Of a DNA stretch of 64,000 nt, positions 12,255 through 24,690 are shown one piece after another; the first letter of the stretch is position 1, and each line of letters starts with the position of its first letter. Origin of the DNA: Selaginella moellendorffii (Eukaryota > Plantae > Lycopodiophyta); NCBI RefSeq assembly GCF_000143415.4, contig NW_003314382.1:88210-152209 (forward strand), given 5' to 3'. The notes beneath the pieces were generated by a model. It did not search any database, had not been told where the DNA came from, and was given only the letters and a program-made list of their open reading frames with translations. Both the position numbers and the translations under genes were made by a program.

Positions 12255-13987
12255 CTATTTTTCTGGCCTCGATGGCGTTGGCGAGCTTGGTGGCTTTAGA
12301 TCTGGATACTGTGACAATTTGTGGAAAGTTAGCTTCATCTATCTTAATCCAGAGTTTGAGCTTACCAGGATGTAAGGCGACGATGGTCTTGATGGCTTCT
12401 TCTCTTCCGAAGATTGTGAGCTCGGTGCTGGAGTTTCTTCTTCTTTTGCAGCGACGATTGGAGCTGGAGATGGAGGTGAAGCTTCGACCACCTTCTCTTC
12501 ATTAACAGAAGCAGGCTCGCTTGAAACTACGGCACCATTCCCAGCCGATACTTCCTCAAACTTGGGAAGCAAGGCCTTGCCAACGCCCTGCTCTCAAGAG
12601 TTTAGCATCGCAGAGGGACTAGAGTTTTTGTGTGACTCTACCTGGATCTCTTCAACGAGCTCTTTCGGAGCGACCTTGGTGTCGAGAAACGTCTTGATCT
12701 GTTGCAGCGTTTTCTTCCGGTCCTGCAAACGAGTGTGTTAGGCTGGACTCGATGCGTGAGCGTGAGTTTGTCCAACCTCGGCGAACAAGAACTTTTTGGC
12801 AAAGAGCTGGAGGAGCGCGACAGTCCCGACGAGCTGGAGAGCTGTTTCTGCCTGGGAGAGGAAGAGTTCATCAAAAGGTCAAACTTTTTTTCTTCGTTCT
12901 TTCTTTCGTTTTACCTCGGAGAAAACAACGAGGCCGACCCCGGCAGCAGCAGCCACTCCCAATGTCGCTGGGACAAGATCACTTTCCTGAATGCCCGAAT
13001 TCATCAAAGAGAAAACACGCGAAGAAACAAAACCCTGTGCCTTAACTTACAAACTGAATGGCTTCTTTCAGAGCATCCAGGTTGAGCGAGAGTCCCTTCC
13101 GTGGTAGCAACCATGGCAATTCGCTTTGCTGCAAACCTCCAGATTTATTTTGTGTGACCAAAGAAAGCACAGGGAGAAAGAAACTTACTTGCCAGCCTCG
13201 GCCACCTTCGGCACCATCTTTGATACCATAAGCCTCCTTAAAGCCATTGGTAGCTAGCAACTTGGCGACTGCTAACGAGTTCCCATCAAAGCTGTGATCA
13301 CAGTGGTTTAGATCATCCAAGAACAAAAGCTTCTAGCTCGAGGAGGATCACGTACCGATCGAGAATGTACAAGGTTGTGCTTGCCGGATCCTTGAATTTG
13401 CTCTTCACTTTCGCGACGAAAGCATCCTGCTCCTGAGAGAACGAAACCTGGAGCACTCTCTTCTTGAATTGCCTCAAATCCGGCGTCCCCTCGGCCTTGA
13501 TGTCGCTGGGCTCTCGGATATCCAAAATCTGGAACGCTGGATCCTTCACTGCGAGCTTCTCATACGCTTCTTTGGCGGACACGACACCCCATGGCTGCTT
13601 CCCTCCGGCCAATCTCGAAATGAGAACCGGCAGTGCGATTGCCAGAAGACCTCCAGCCACGGCCGCGGGATTATCCGACACAAAACCTAGCACGGACTCC
13701 GCGACGCTGAAATCGATGCCATCCGCGGGGCTGATTGCCGATGCCGCGTCGATTGGAGTCGCCGCTCCAGCCGCGCGCTGGATAATTTCATCGTATTCCG
13801 GCAGCGCGGACGCGATCCCGGTCGAAATTCCCGAGCCGATCAGCGCCAATGCGGCGTGCTGCGACACTTGAGCGATCCGCCTGTGGATTGACAATGGCGG
13901 CAGCCTGAGCTCCGCCGCTGCTGGAAGAGAGGGCTTGGATGTCCAGGGAGGGAGGAGCGAAGCCGTGAGATCACGTACCATCTCCAT
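12255..13987 (-). CDS. TROL: Thylakoid rhodanese-like protein (TROL/STR4-like)
   Basis: Transit-peptide-like N-terminus, TM helix, rhodanese domain ([33 protein letters not shown]), Pro/Glu-rich linker, last exon [20 protein letters not shown] (FNR-binding ITEP motif). Confidence 0.88.
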
Positions 13988-14140
13988 TGTGGTAGATCAC
14001 AGGCTCCATTCTTCCGCCATAGCCTTCCACTCCGCCACCTGGCGATGATGCTCTGACACGTGGCAAGGAACTGGCCAGCGGATTATAAGATAAGCCCTAA
14101 AACGAAAAATGCCCGGGAAAAATAAACCCTAAATCTCGCT
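13988..14140. promoter_or_regulatory. Compact divergent promoter between TROL and Hsp33 with G-box, I-box and telo-box
   Basis: 153 bp between the two ATGs; GACACGTGGC at 14055-14064, GATAAG at 14089-14094, AAACCCTA at 14124-14131. Confidence 0.6.
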
Positions 14141-15748
14141 ATGGCTTGTCGAGGTAAGCGCCGGCGCCCCTCCGCTTGTTCGTTCTTCTCATTTCCATTG
14201 CGATCTTCCAGCTAGCGCCTGCTGTATCGGGCACAATGCGTGGGATTTTAGTGCCAGGAATTCAAAGAGAAGGGGAGCTATGGCGCTACGCTGCTCGGCC
14301 AGTGGAAACGATCAGATTTTGCGATGTGTTTCCAAGAATGCTGAGGTATACAAGAGATACACCCCTGTTGCAAGCTGGTAATGCTCTCCCCCAAGATCAA
14401 AGCTTGTTGTATTGATTCATTTTTCCTTTGTTTGTGTTTTCTCTTTGGTTTTTCTATTCCACTCAGGTCTCTGTTCTTAGTATTGTTGGAAAGCATTTGG
14501 TCCAAGAGGCCCAGCGCCGTCATCAAACATCTCCGACGGTTTGTTTCTTCTCGACACTTTTAAGTTTCTTCTTTGGAACTGATATGTCGTTTGATCCTTA
14601 TATTCTTTCTTAAGGCCTCCGCAGCTCTTGGTCGAGCGCTTCTGGGAACACTTTTAGTAGCTTCACTTAAGGATGACGCTGAGACTGTCCAGGTGATTTT
14701 CATGTGGAAAAGTTTCAGGAAGACTTCCTTACTGTGTTTTTACAGATAAGTTTTCTAGGTAGAGGGCCTTTAGGACAAATGACAACAGTGGCCTCCCAGT
14801 CGAAACTTGTCAAAGGTTTTGTTTCAAATCCTTTGTGCGACCTTCCTCTAACCCCGCAAGGAAAAGTATGTTACTTCTTTGATCTAAGTTATTATAGAAC
14901 TGATTATTCTCGGACATCAGCTTGATGTAGGGACTGCTGTCGGTGCTGGTGCTCTAAATGTCGTGCGGAATCATCCTCGGTGGAAGCAGCCATACACGTA
15001 AACTCAAGTTTTGTACGAAAGTGAACGCGTTACTTGACGATCAAAGAATGTTTATGCAGTGGTAGCACACCGATATACAGCGGTGAAGTTGCAGAAGACA
15101 TAGCTCGATATCTTGCTGAGAGCGAACAGGTAATGGCTGGCCGCTGCATAAAACAACGATTTAATGTTTCTACTTCGCCAGATAAACACTGCCCTCGGAA
15201 TTGGAGTAGCGTTTAGTACTCAAGGCACGGTGAAAGCTGCTCGGGGATACCTCGTGCAGGTTAGTCTTTGCTTGTTCCTACGGCTCACAAATGATCCTGA
15301 CGATCAGGCACTGCCGTTTTGCTCGGAAGAAACTCTTACTCGGCTCGAAAAGAACGTCGCAAGCATGCATTCTTTGTCGGATCCTTCTTTGGATATGACT
15401 GCTCGGGAGATGATAACTCGCCTATTGGAAGGAATCGGCACCGATAGTTTCAGTGATCCGGTACGTAACCTTTCTTTATCAAATTAAAGTAAAATTCTCG
15501 TGTATCAGGTTTTTCCGGAATTCGGGCCTTGCGGCGTCGATGACCTCAAGCCTCGGATGATACGGGCAGTGGCTTCTTTGGGAGCAAGCGACGTGAGAGA
15601 ACTCCTCAGTGAAAACGGTAACTTTGACGTATAAAAATCTCAGCCCCAGCGGTTGTTTGCAGGCTATGTGGAAGTGAAATGCGAGTTTTGCGCTGAGACT
15701 GTCCGGTTTGTGGAAGAAGACTTGAAAGAAATATTCACACATTCCTAA
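14141..15748 (+). CDS. HSP33: Hsp33 (HslO) family redox-regulated chaperone, probably plastid-targeted, multi-exon
   Basis: LVQEAQRRHQTSPT-ASAALGRALLG, GRGPLG, VKGFVSNP, LDVGTAVGAG, YTGSTPIYSGEVAEDIARYLAESEQ, C-terminal GPCG...VEVKCEFC. TAA at 15746-15748. Confidence 0.88.
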
Positions 15749-17206
15749 GAACATTCTTATTTACTAAGAACTACTAAGAATGTTAAAATCAGGCTTTCAT
15801 TGAATTAAATGATTTGCTGCATTGTAATATTAATAATAGCATTTTTAAAAGTTCATACGAGCTTATAAATGAGTCTTATAGAGAATTCGCAAGATGCTCC
15901 TCAGCTCCTCAGAATTTGGCACTCAATTATCATCACATAGATCATCTCATAGTTTCCTAACTCTGATTTGTTATTATTCTCCCCAAAAAATCCTTGCATT
16001 TCTTTGGTTGTGGAATCTGTAAGAGTACAAAATATAGACAAACATACAAAGGAAAACAAAAATCATGATTGATTTCCTCTGCTGCTAGTTTGTTTCCCCT
16101 CCTTTGTTTCTACATGTAGTGTGCCTTTCGGATCCCTAGAGGGGATGCATAGAGATTGTTTCCTTTGCTGGTTTCTCTTGCGGTGCCCATGGCTCCTTCA
16201 AACCTTCCAGCATGGCCCAAGGTAGCAAAGCCTGAAAATAGAAGAAGAGAGGTAAAAGAGAAGACTGCAATGTCTTGGAACGTTATGATCCAAAACCGCC
16301 AAAACAAAATGGTCAATTGCATAGGCCCTTCATGGGCAACTTGTATCTGATTTTAAGGTGCCTTTCTCAACTTCCTTTCTCGATCAAAATAAAACATTAG
16401 GATTGAATATCTAAAAGAAACACCATGAAAGAAAACCTTGCGATTTGGCTGTTTAAAAAAAACTTTTGCATGCCATGACCTGCGATTATGGCACAAGAGT
16501 TGACTGGATCTAATTTCCCATCACATGCTGACTTGGAATTACTATGTGCATTCTCCTGGGAAGAGAAGGATTGCAACAAGGCCAAAGTTTACTCTGTCCC
16601 AGGCCACTTTGTGAAGGGGTTTTCTATAATCCATTGCCTCGAGCTTAGCCAATTGAAACATTTTTGAAGTAATATAGTTTTTGCATTGTCCTCTGTAAAC
16701 ATCTTTCTAATGGCATCAATAGCAAAGTCTGGCAGGGACAGTGGGAATGTTCTACTGAACTTATAAAACCAAGAGTGCAAGTTGATGCCTAAATTGACAA
16801 AGTCATGGACCATGCATAGTTTTTGTTACTGCTCCAGCCCCACTTGCTTGATCAAACATAAATTGCAACATAGAGATCAACTAGCTCTGGGGCATTAGAT
16901 GCATGTTCATCATGACTATGACATTTTAAAGGAATTGTGTGTGTGTGTGTGTGTTTTTCAATTTTTAAGTATTCATTAAACAATAAAATTTGATCATTAC
17001 TCATTAAAAAAACTATTTTGTCAGTGAATAATGAAATCCATCTATATTTCCTATTGCAAAGGTAATGTAAATGATTAATTGAACAGTACCACCATATATA
17101 GTCTTTATATTCTACCCTTTTGGTCGAGTCTAGCTAAAGGTAATCAATAAAATTCCCTAGCCCCACTCTTTTGACACCTGACCTCTCGAATTGAATCAAT
17201 ATTAAA

Positions 17207-17394
17207 TATGAGCTCTTAAATTTGGACTTCCTAAAAGGTTACCCAATTTAGTATTATTTTACCCAAGGACATTTAACCCTAAATATCCTAAGAACTTTAA
17301 TTGATTAGAAAAAAGGGTGCATTCATAGGTTTTTTCTCTTTATATTTGAACCCTTATAAATTGTTTATTAAATTGTTCCCTTTGGTTGTTTATA
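17207..17394 (-). mobile_element. Degenerate Cassandra-like solo LTR with 5S rRNA-derived segment
   Basis: Minus strand GTTAAATGTCCTTGGGTAAAATAATACTAAATTGGGTAACCTTTTAGGAAGTCC resembles the 5S internal control region; colinear with the 62944-63134 copy. Confidence 0.7.
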
Positions 17395-20300
17395 GTTAGC
17401 TTTAGATGTATGGTGGGAGAATAGTTGTAGCGCACATGGTTTTGACCCTTTATCCTATGGTGATTTACCATAGGATAACACCATGAAGCAAAACCTAAAC
17501 CCTTTATATGCCACATGTCATATGCCACGTGTCACATGCCACGTGTCCATAAGAACCCGAGGTTTAGGGCCTTGGGCCACTGAACGAAGGAACGGTGCCA
17601 AACTCCCAAGCATGGAGCCAAGGAGTCATAGAACCAAACCATAGAGCAACTCCCGAGCATGCAACCCTGTAAGCGACTAAATTTTCCATTCTACTTTAGT
17701 CACTTAACCACACTTCCAACCACTTGGAGGAGTCTCACTCACAACCTCCATAAGTCCTATTTCAGACTTGGGCTTGCTAGCCCCGAGAATGGCATCCCCG
17801 CCACTCAACCTTTGCACTTGATCCAAGTGCTCCACGTGTCCAATCACACCCCACCGACATATCAGCCCATTACGCTAAAGCCATGCCCCTTTACCTTGGT
17901 CACACCGAAGGTCTAACACCCCCTGCATCACAATCCCATCTTTCAAGAACTGGGCCATCCATCCAAGAGTGATCATTCCAGATCCACTCCTTAGCATCCT
18001 TAGGATGCCCACAGACATGGGGAATAGCCTTCCCCAATGCCCCTTTTCCGGTCTTCACCAAGTCCCTTTCTGCCCATGGCCGTGTTCGCCAACATTGCCA
18101 CTGGATCGAGGCCCACAGGCCCGACCACTAAGTCCCTCGGTCCTCTAGGACTTCCTCACCACTCGACTGTATCCTTGGTCACTACACCAGAGGACTACTC
18201 CTCTTCCTTTCCACAGTCTGGGCCTTTGGGACAACATTTCGGAACACCGTGGCCCTACGCAGGCCTCATGGGTACTCTCCCCGCCTTCCGCTTTTGGGTG
18301 CTCTAGCCATGGGCTTAAAGCGAGGTTCCGTTAAGCCACACCAGGTATCCAAATAGGTAGTGCCACCCACACTTGGACTGGGAGCATCGGCCAGTCGATC
18401 TCCCGGGGGAACTAGAGTCGGTTCTTGAACACTTCACCAAGCTACCCCGCTTGTCGGTCCGTATTCACTCTAGTCTTGGACTTCCCAGTGGTCAACTCAT
18501 CACCCAACACTGGGTCTGGCCTTCCTGGGCCAAACTGGCCTTTCCTGGCCAAACTGGCTCCACTAGGCTCCAATCCCCACACTCTCCCTACTATACCTTT
18601 GGAGCCTTGCTTATTGGTTGCCTCGTGCTTGCTCCTCGAGCACTCCGTTGGGAGTTCGGACTCCACGAACGGGTCCATCTCGGACTCCACTTCGGACTCC
18701 ATATCGGACTCCACTTCGGGTCCATCTCGGACTCTTCCACATGTCATGTGTTGGTCCTTTTTGGGTCCCTTTTTGGAGCCTTGCTTATTGGTTGCCTCGT
18801 GCTTGCTCCTCGAGCACTCCGTTGGGAGTTCCACTCCCGCTCTCAACCTCTCAAGTCGGAGCCTTTTAGTCCAAACGTGTTACGCTCGTTTGGCTTTTGC
18901 TTCGGCCACTACCACGTGGCACCCTTTCGGCTCCACTTTGGGGCTTAGGGATTTGTGTCTCACAACTCCACCACCCATAGACGAAGTTCGATGTCCTCAT
19001 CGAACGGTAAACCCTTTTATAAAGTAACACCCACATGTATTACCGCTTCCATCCTTGGCCCCCGGCCAATATTTGTCTATGGTTTGACACCAAAGGCGCA
19101 CCATGCCTTGTCCATCCTCTAAGGAGCATAGTCTCTCCAATATAGAGACTCATTCGACCACTTGAGGTGGTTTGCTCCCTTTTATTGGTTCAGTTTTCGC
19201 TAAACCTGTTAGAGCCTCCCTCTCTAACTCAATTCCACTATTCATTCTCGAGTAGTCTCAGATTCCATTGACATATCCTTGCACTTTGGAACTTTTAGTT
19301 TTGACTTCTCAGAGTCAATTTCCTAGGTGTCTCCGACACCTTACGTTGCACATGGTGTAACTCCACTTCCCTATCCTAAGAAGTTCTTTACTTGAGGATA
19401 CCATCATCCTCTCTCCGATATCATGCCACCTTTGACACTAAGTTTCAGTTATCATAATTGGTGCTAGGGCTACCCATGGCCCTATTATTTGGCTACCTTA
19501 CCGCTCCCCCCTTTGGAGCATCCACTCCGCCAAATCAGAGCGGTTGGGAATCCACCCTTAGGGAAACTTTGCCTTTCCCACAATCCATTAGCACCCAACA
19601 CATTAGTGTTCTCGGCCTAACTTTGCCATTTGGATTCTTTCCTAGGATTCCCATGGCTCTTTTCTTAGCCACTAGTCTTTTGCTTCTATCCTTGATTGTT
19701 GCACCCAGCAATATAGGATTGCTACCTCCATTTTTGAGGTTTCGTTTCAGTTCTATAGCAAACACTTTGCTTTGCCAAGTCCAAAGGGTGTTCACCCCTA
19801 GTACGTCTCTTTAACATTTTCTGCTGTGGGCTCTATCCACGGCCCAACTTTTGAAATCCTCCCTTGGATCTTTTATAGAGACTACCTTCCTCAGACTTAC
19901 TATGCCACAACATTGACATAGCTTATTTCCTTTAGGTGTTCTTCCCACTTGGTCACCTTGACCAAGCCACACCATTATCAATAGTTCAAATCAACACTTT
20001 GAACTAGGAATCATATTCCTTAACCCAGACAAAGACCTTGTCTTTGTTTAGCCACAAGATCACCTAGTGATCTCATCTTGACCCCTTAATAGGTCTACCC
20101 ATAGGAACTAGGTCTTCTAGACCCCTCCATGTTGTTGACTATGACCCCGGGGGCATCCCCCACACTTGGCAGTGCGCCCAAGCCAGCCCTTCCGGCCAAG
20201 GGTCCATAGCAATTGAGACTGGGTGTCCCCATCTCATTCACCACGTCCTTGGTGCTACTCGTACCAAAGTGTTCAAGTTAGATATACCAAGCCACATTAA

Positions 20301-23300
20301 GCAATCTAACCATATATCACGACTCCGGAGCATTCCCCACTTGGCGGTGTGCCCAAGCCAGTCTCCTCACTAAGAGTCCATGACTATCAAAATATGAGTG
20401 TCCTCATATTCCAAACCATCACCACGCCCTAGTGAGATGGGATTCGAACCCAAGCACTAGAGGGTCGGGACTCGAACCCAACCTCCGTATATGCATCTAC
20501 GGACGGCATCACTCAGGATGCCTGGCGTGACTCCCCACGCCGGTGCACCAACTTATACTCAAAGCGCGCCATAGATCACAGCTTAGGAATCTAGTTCCTC
20601 CACACTGCCAAGTCCTTTCATTTAACAAGTCTGTGATCATGCATGGACTCCTCCATGCTTGGCCCCATGGCCCACCCTTTTTGAAGTTATCACCTTTAAC
20701 GAGGGTATTTGTTCCCCTGACTTGCCAATCTCGCTTTAGCAAGTCCTCCGACCACTGTAACATGGTTCCTGCACAAGTGTAAAAGCCCTTGGTCATCGAC
20801 TTTCGTTCAAAACCCTTTCTTTGAACACTCGGGAACTACTTCCCTAACCTTGATAGCCTTGCCTCATGGCAAGCTTCAAGACCACGCTTCTGCTGCGCCA
20901 CTCTGATTTCGCGCATTCCTTGAACCATTTACGCTTGGTCTTTCTAGGTACTAAGCTACCGAGAATCATCTTTGGGAACCTTGAAGGAACTCTGTCCCTT
21001 AGCTTGCTAAAGCCTCCTGTTTTGCAAGCTTTCCAATTACCATATAGTCTAACATGGACAATTCCATATTTTAGACTCTTCATGGCATCACGGTTGCTAG
21101 CGGCAACACCCTTGAGCCCCCACTTGATTCTTCACTCCCAGCTGGCATAACCAACTTTGGTTATGCCCTTCGATTCCTATGGTTCGGTTCTATCCCCTTA
21201 CTTCTTGTTTTTTGCTTCTCCTCCAGACCAGAAGGATAGCTTTGCACTTTCTATCATGCCTTAGTAAGTATTCTTAGGGATGAACCTACCTGATAGCCTA
21301 GGGAGTGGTTCCTCAATCCAGGTATGCTCACCCTATAATCCCACACAACGAGATTACGTTGTTGCTTATGGGCCTTTACATGCCCATCACTAGCCTTACC
21401 AAAATTCTATTTTTGGCTTTGTCCAACTCGAGTAGACAGTCTTCTCTTGTCTCCGCCACCTTTGGACATTTGGATAGCACCTTCTATCCATCATTTGCTA
21501 GGGACTTAATCCCTTGGGCCTTATTTATTACCCTCGCGACATCAAACAACACCTCCTAGTGTTCTAGAGTGTTCGGGTGTCCCAATGATGGCTTCCTTGA
21601 CAATGAGTATTTCCTTTTATAACATTGACTTATTATATCGCAACATAAGCAATTTATCCCCCGTAAGGGTACGTTCAACTTCCCTATGCCATTAAGAAGG
21701 CTTGAATAGCTACCTTCTACCCGTTTAACCAATTATTTTGCACCTCTTGCTTAGTTGCCTCATAGTTGTCAAGTCCTACAACTCATTGCTGGTGCTTCCA
21801 CACCTCCATCATTATCTGGGTCACCACACTCCAACTGCATGCTTTGCCGCTTAGGCTATGCCATTCCCATTTCCATTGGGATTCCTTTGGCAAGGGGTTC
21901 TCATGAACCCACCAACATAGCCTCAAGGTATCACACTTTGGCACATTTGGTGTTTCCACACCATCGGCTTCACGAGCTTACCTCTATGACACTTCTTCTT
22001 TGTGTCTAAGTCTTTGCCAAGACCAATACCACTCTTTCTTATGCCAACCATCTGTTAGCACTGCACCATAAAGATCACACACAACTTTGTGTCAAAGTTG
22101 TTTTCTTTTTGGGAACACCTTTCCCATGACTTTAGCATGGCACATTTTGCCATTGATGAGATACCCTCTATTCTCATCCTTGGATCCTATGATCCCCCCC
22201 CCCCCATCCTTCGTGGGGCATAACACACCTTAGTCCAAATGCTTCAATTAGTCCTTTTAGGACCATTCTTTGACTCTACTTGAGTCATCCAGTAGTTTTG
22301 GACTTGGTTAATCCACAAACCTGTAATGTCCCACTTGTGAGGCACTAGCTCACTGGAATACACTTCCTGCATTCCTGTCCTACTTAGAAGGACTATTTTC
22401 ACAAGTGTTACTCTGACACTTGTTTTTGTTCTCTGGGGCAACCTCTACCCCTTAGGACTATTTGTCCATGTGATGAGAATACCAACTCATCTCTAAGTAC
22501 ACCCCCCAACTCCTTAGGTTGTTCCAGCATTTATTAAAGGTAGCCCCGGCTACCATTTCAAGGACTTGAGTCCTCTTCTATATTTGACCTCCCACGGTCA
22601 TTACTTCTGGTCTCACATTCATGAGCACCAACCTCAACTATATGAGGATAATCTTGTGACTCCTTTATTGCTTTAGAGTCTTTATCTTTCCTGTGATCCC
22701 AACTTTAGTTGTTTACCACAACTACATTGGCCATTTACTGAGTCAAACGCTCATCTGGATCACATCCTCAACTCTTTGAGGAAAACCATATACTGTTCCC
22801 AAGATCCCAAAGTCATTCCCTTACCGGCCCCTTTTCTATCCACCACATCGCGCCCAAGTCATGCATGAACTTGAGTGGAGAGCCATGTCCTCTTGACATG
22901 CTACTCCTCAAGGATAAGCCCACTCCTAGGACCTTCCAATGCGAATATCAATAGTGATATACTTGAGCACTAATAAAAGTCGGACTAAGGAACAGCTTTG
23001 ATACCAAATTGTAAGCGACTAAATTTTCCATTCTACTTTAGTCACTTAACCACACCTCTAACCACTTGGAGGAGTCTCACTCACAACCTCCATAAGTCCT
23101 ATTTCAAACTTGGGCTTGCTAGCCCCGAGAATGGCATCCCCGCCACTCAACCTTTGCACTTGATCCAAGTGCTCCACGTGTCCGATCCCATGACCGACAC
23201 CCCAAGGTACCACCGACATATCAGCCTATTACACTAAAGCCATGCCCCTTTACCTTGGTCACACCGGAGGTCTAACACCCCCTGCATCACAATCCCATCT

Positions 23301-23962
23301 CTCAAGAACTGGGCCATCCATCCAAGAGTGATCATTCCAGATCCACTCCTTAGCATCCTTAGGATGCCCACAGACATGGGGAATAGCCTTCCCCAATGCC
23401 CTTTTTCCGGTCTTCACCAAGTCCCTTTCTGCCCATGGCCGTGTTCGCCAACATTGCCACTGGATCGAGGCCCACAGGCCCGACCACTAAGTCCCTCGGT
23501 CCTCTAGGACTTCCTCACCACTCGACTGTATCCTTGGTCACTACACCAGAGGACTACTTCTCTTCCTTTCCACAGTCTGGGCCTTTGGGACAACATTTCG
23601 GAACACTGTGGCCCTACGCAGGCCTCATGGGTACTCTCCCCGCCTTCCGCTTTTGGGTGCTCTAGCCATGGGCTTAGAGCGAGGTTCCGTTGAGCCACAC
23701 CAGGTATCCAAGTAGGTAGTGCCACCCACACTTGGACTGGGAGCATCGGCCAGTCGATCTCCCGGGGGAACTAGAGTCGGTTCTTGAACACTTCACCAAG
23801 CTACCCCGCTTGTCGGTCCGTATTCACTCTAGTCTTGGACTCCCTAGTGTCAGCTCATCACCCAACACTAGTTTGCCTTCCTGGCCAAATTGCCTTCCTA
23901 GCAAACTGCTCCCTGGCCCATCCACACTTCCTAGTAGCGTAGCTGAAGACTTGCGTTAAACT

Positions 23963-24230
23963 NNNNNNNNNNNNNNNNNNNNNNNNNNNNNNNNNNNNNN
24001 NNNNNNNNNNNNNNNNNNNNNNNNNNNNNNNNNNNNNNNNNNNNNNNNNNNNNNNNNNNNNNNNNNNNNNNNNNNNNNNNNNNNNNNNNNNNNNNNNNNN
24101 NNNNNNNNNNNNNNNNNNNNNNNNNNNNNNNNNNNNNNNNNNNNNNNNNNNNNNNNNNNNNNNNNNNNNNNNNNNNNNNNNNNNNNNNNNNNNNNNNNNN
24201 NNNNNNNNNNNNNNNNNNNNNNNNNNNNNN
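23963..24230. other. Assembly gap (N run) inside the 5' LTR of element B
   Basis: Run of N. Confidence 1.
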
Positions 24231-24690
24231 TCGGTCTTAGTTTCGGTCTCGGCCTCAGTCTCGGCCTCGATCTCGGTTCCATCTCGGACTCCATCTCAGA
24301 CTCCATCTCGGGTCCATCTCGAACTCCATCTCGGACTCCATCTCGGGTCCATCTCGGGTCCATCTCGGACTCCATCTCGGGTCCATCTTGGACTCCATCT
24401 CGGACTCCACTTCGGGTCCATCTCAGACTCCACTTCGGGTCCATCTCGGACTCCATCTCAGACTCCATATCGGACTCCACTTCGGGTCCATCTCGGACTC
24501 CATATCAGACTCCATTTCGGGTCCATCTCGGACTCCACTTCGGGTCCATCTCGGACTCCACTTCGGACTCCATATCGGACGCCATTTCGGGTCCATCTCG
24601 GACTCCATATCGGACTCCACTTCGGGTCCATCTCGGACTCCACTTCGGACTCCATATCGGACTCCACTTCGGGTCCATCTCGGACTCTTC
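24231..24690. repeat. 12-bp tandem array (TCGGACTCCATC / TCGGGTCCATC variants) inside the LTR of B
   Basis: Dozens of units; related arrays at 18655-18735, 39205-39465 and 61376-61625. Confidence 0.9.

Noticed and set aside
16110-16850. Two in-frame minus-strand ORFs separated by one stop (possible decayed gene)
   Set aside because: No recognisable motif or splice structure; cannot assign.
20430-20483. tRNA gene suggested by GGTTCGAATCC
   Set aside because: No canonical D-arm, 7-nt anticodon loop or acceptor stem; two tandem T-arms instead. Reported as a structured module.
20505-20525. Hammerhead ribozyme suggested by CTGAGTGA on the minus strand
   Set aside because: Motif not conserved in the C copy and no GAAA core in the right position.
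24231-24690. CRISPR-like array or repetitive ORFs (SDSISD/ESEMDP)
   Set aside because: Simple 11-12-bp tandem repeats without spacers inside an LTR; the ORFs are repeat artefacts.
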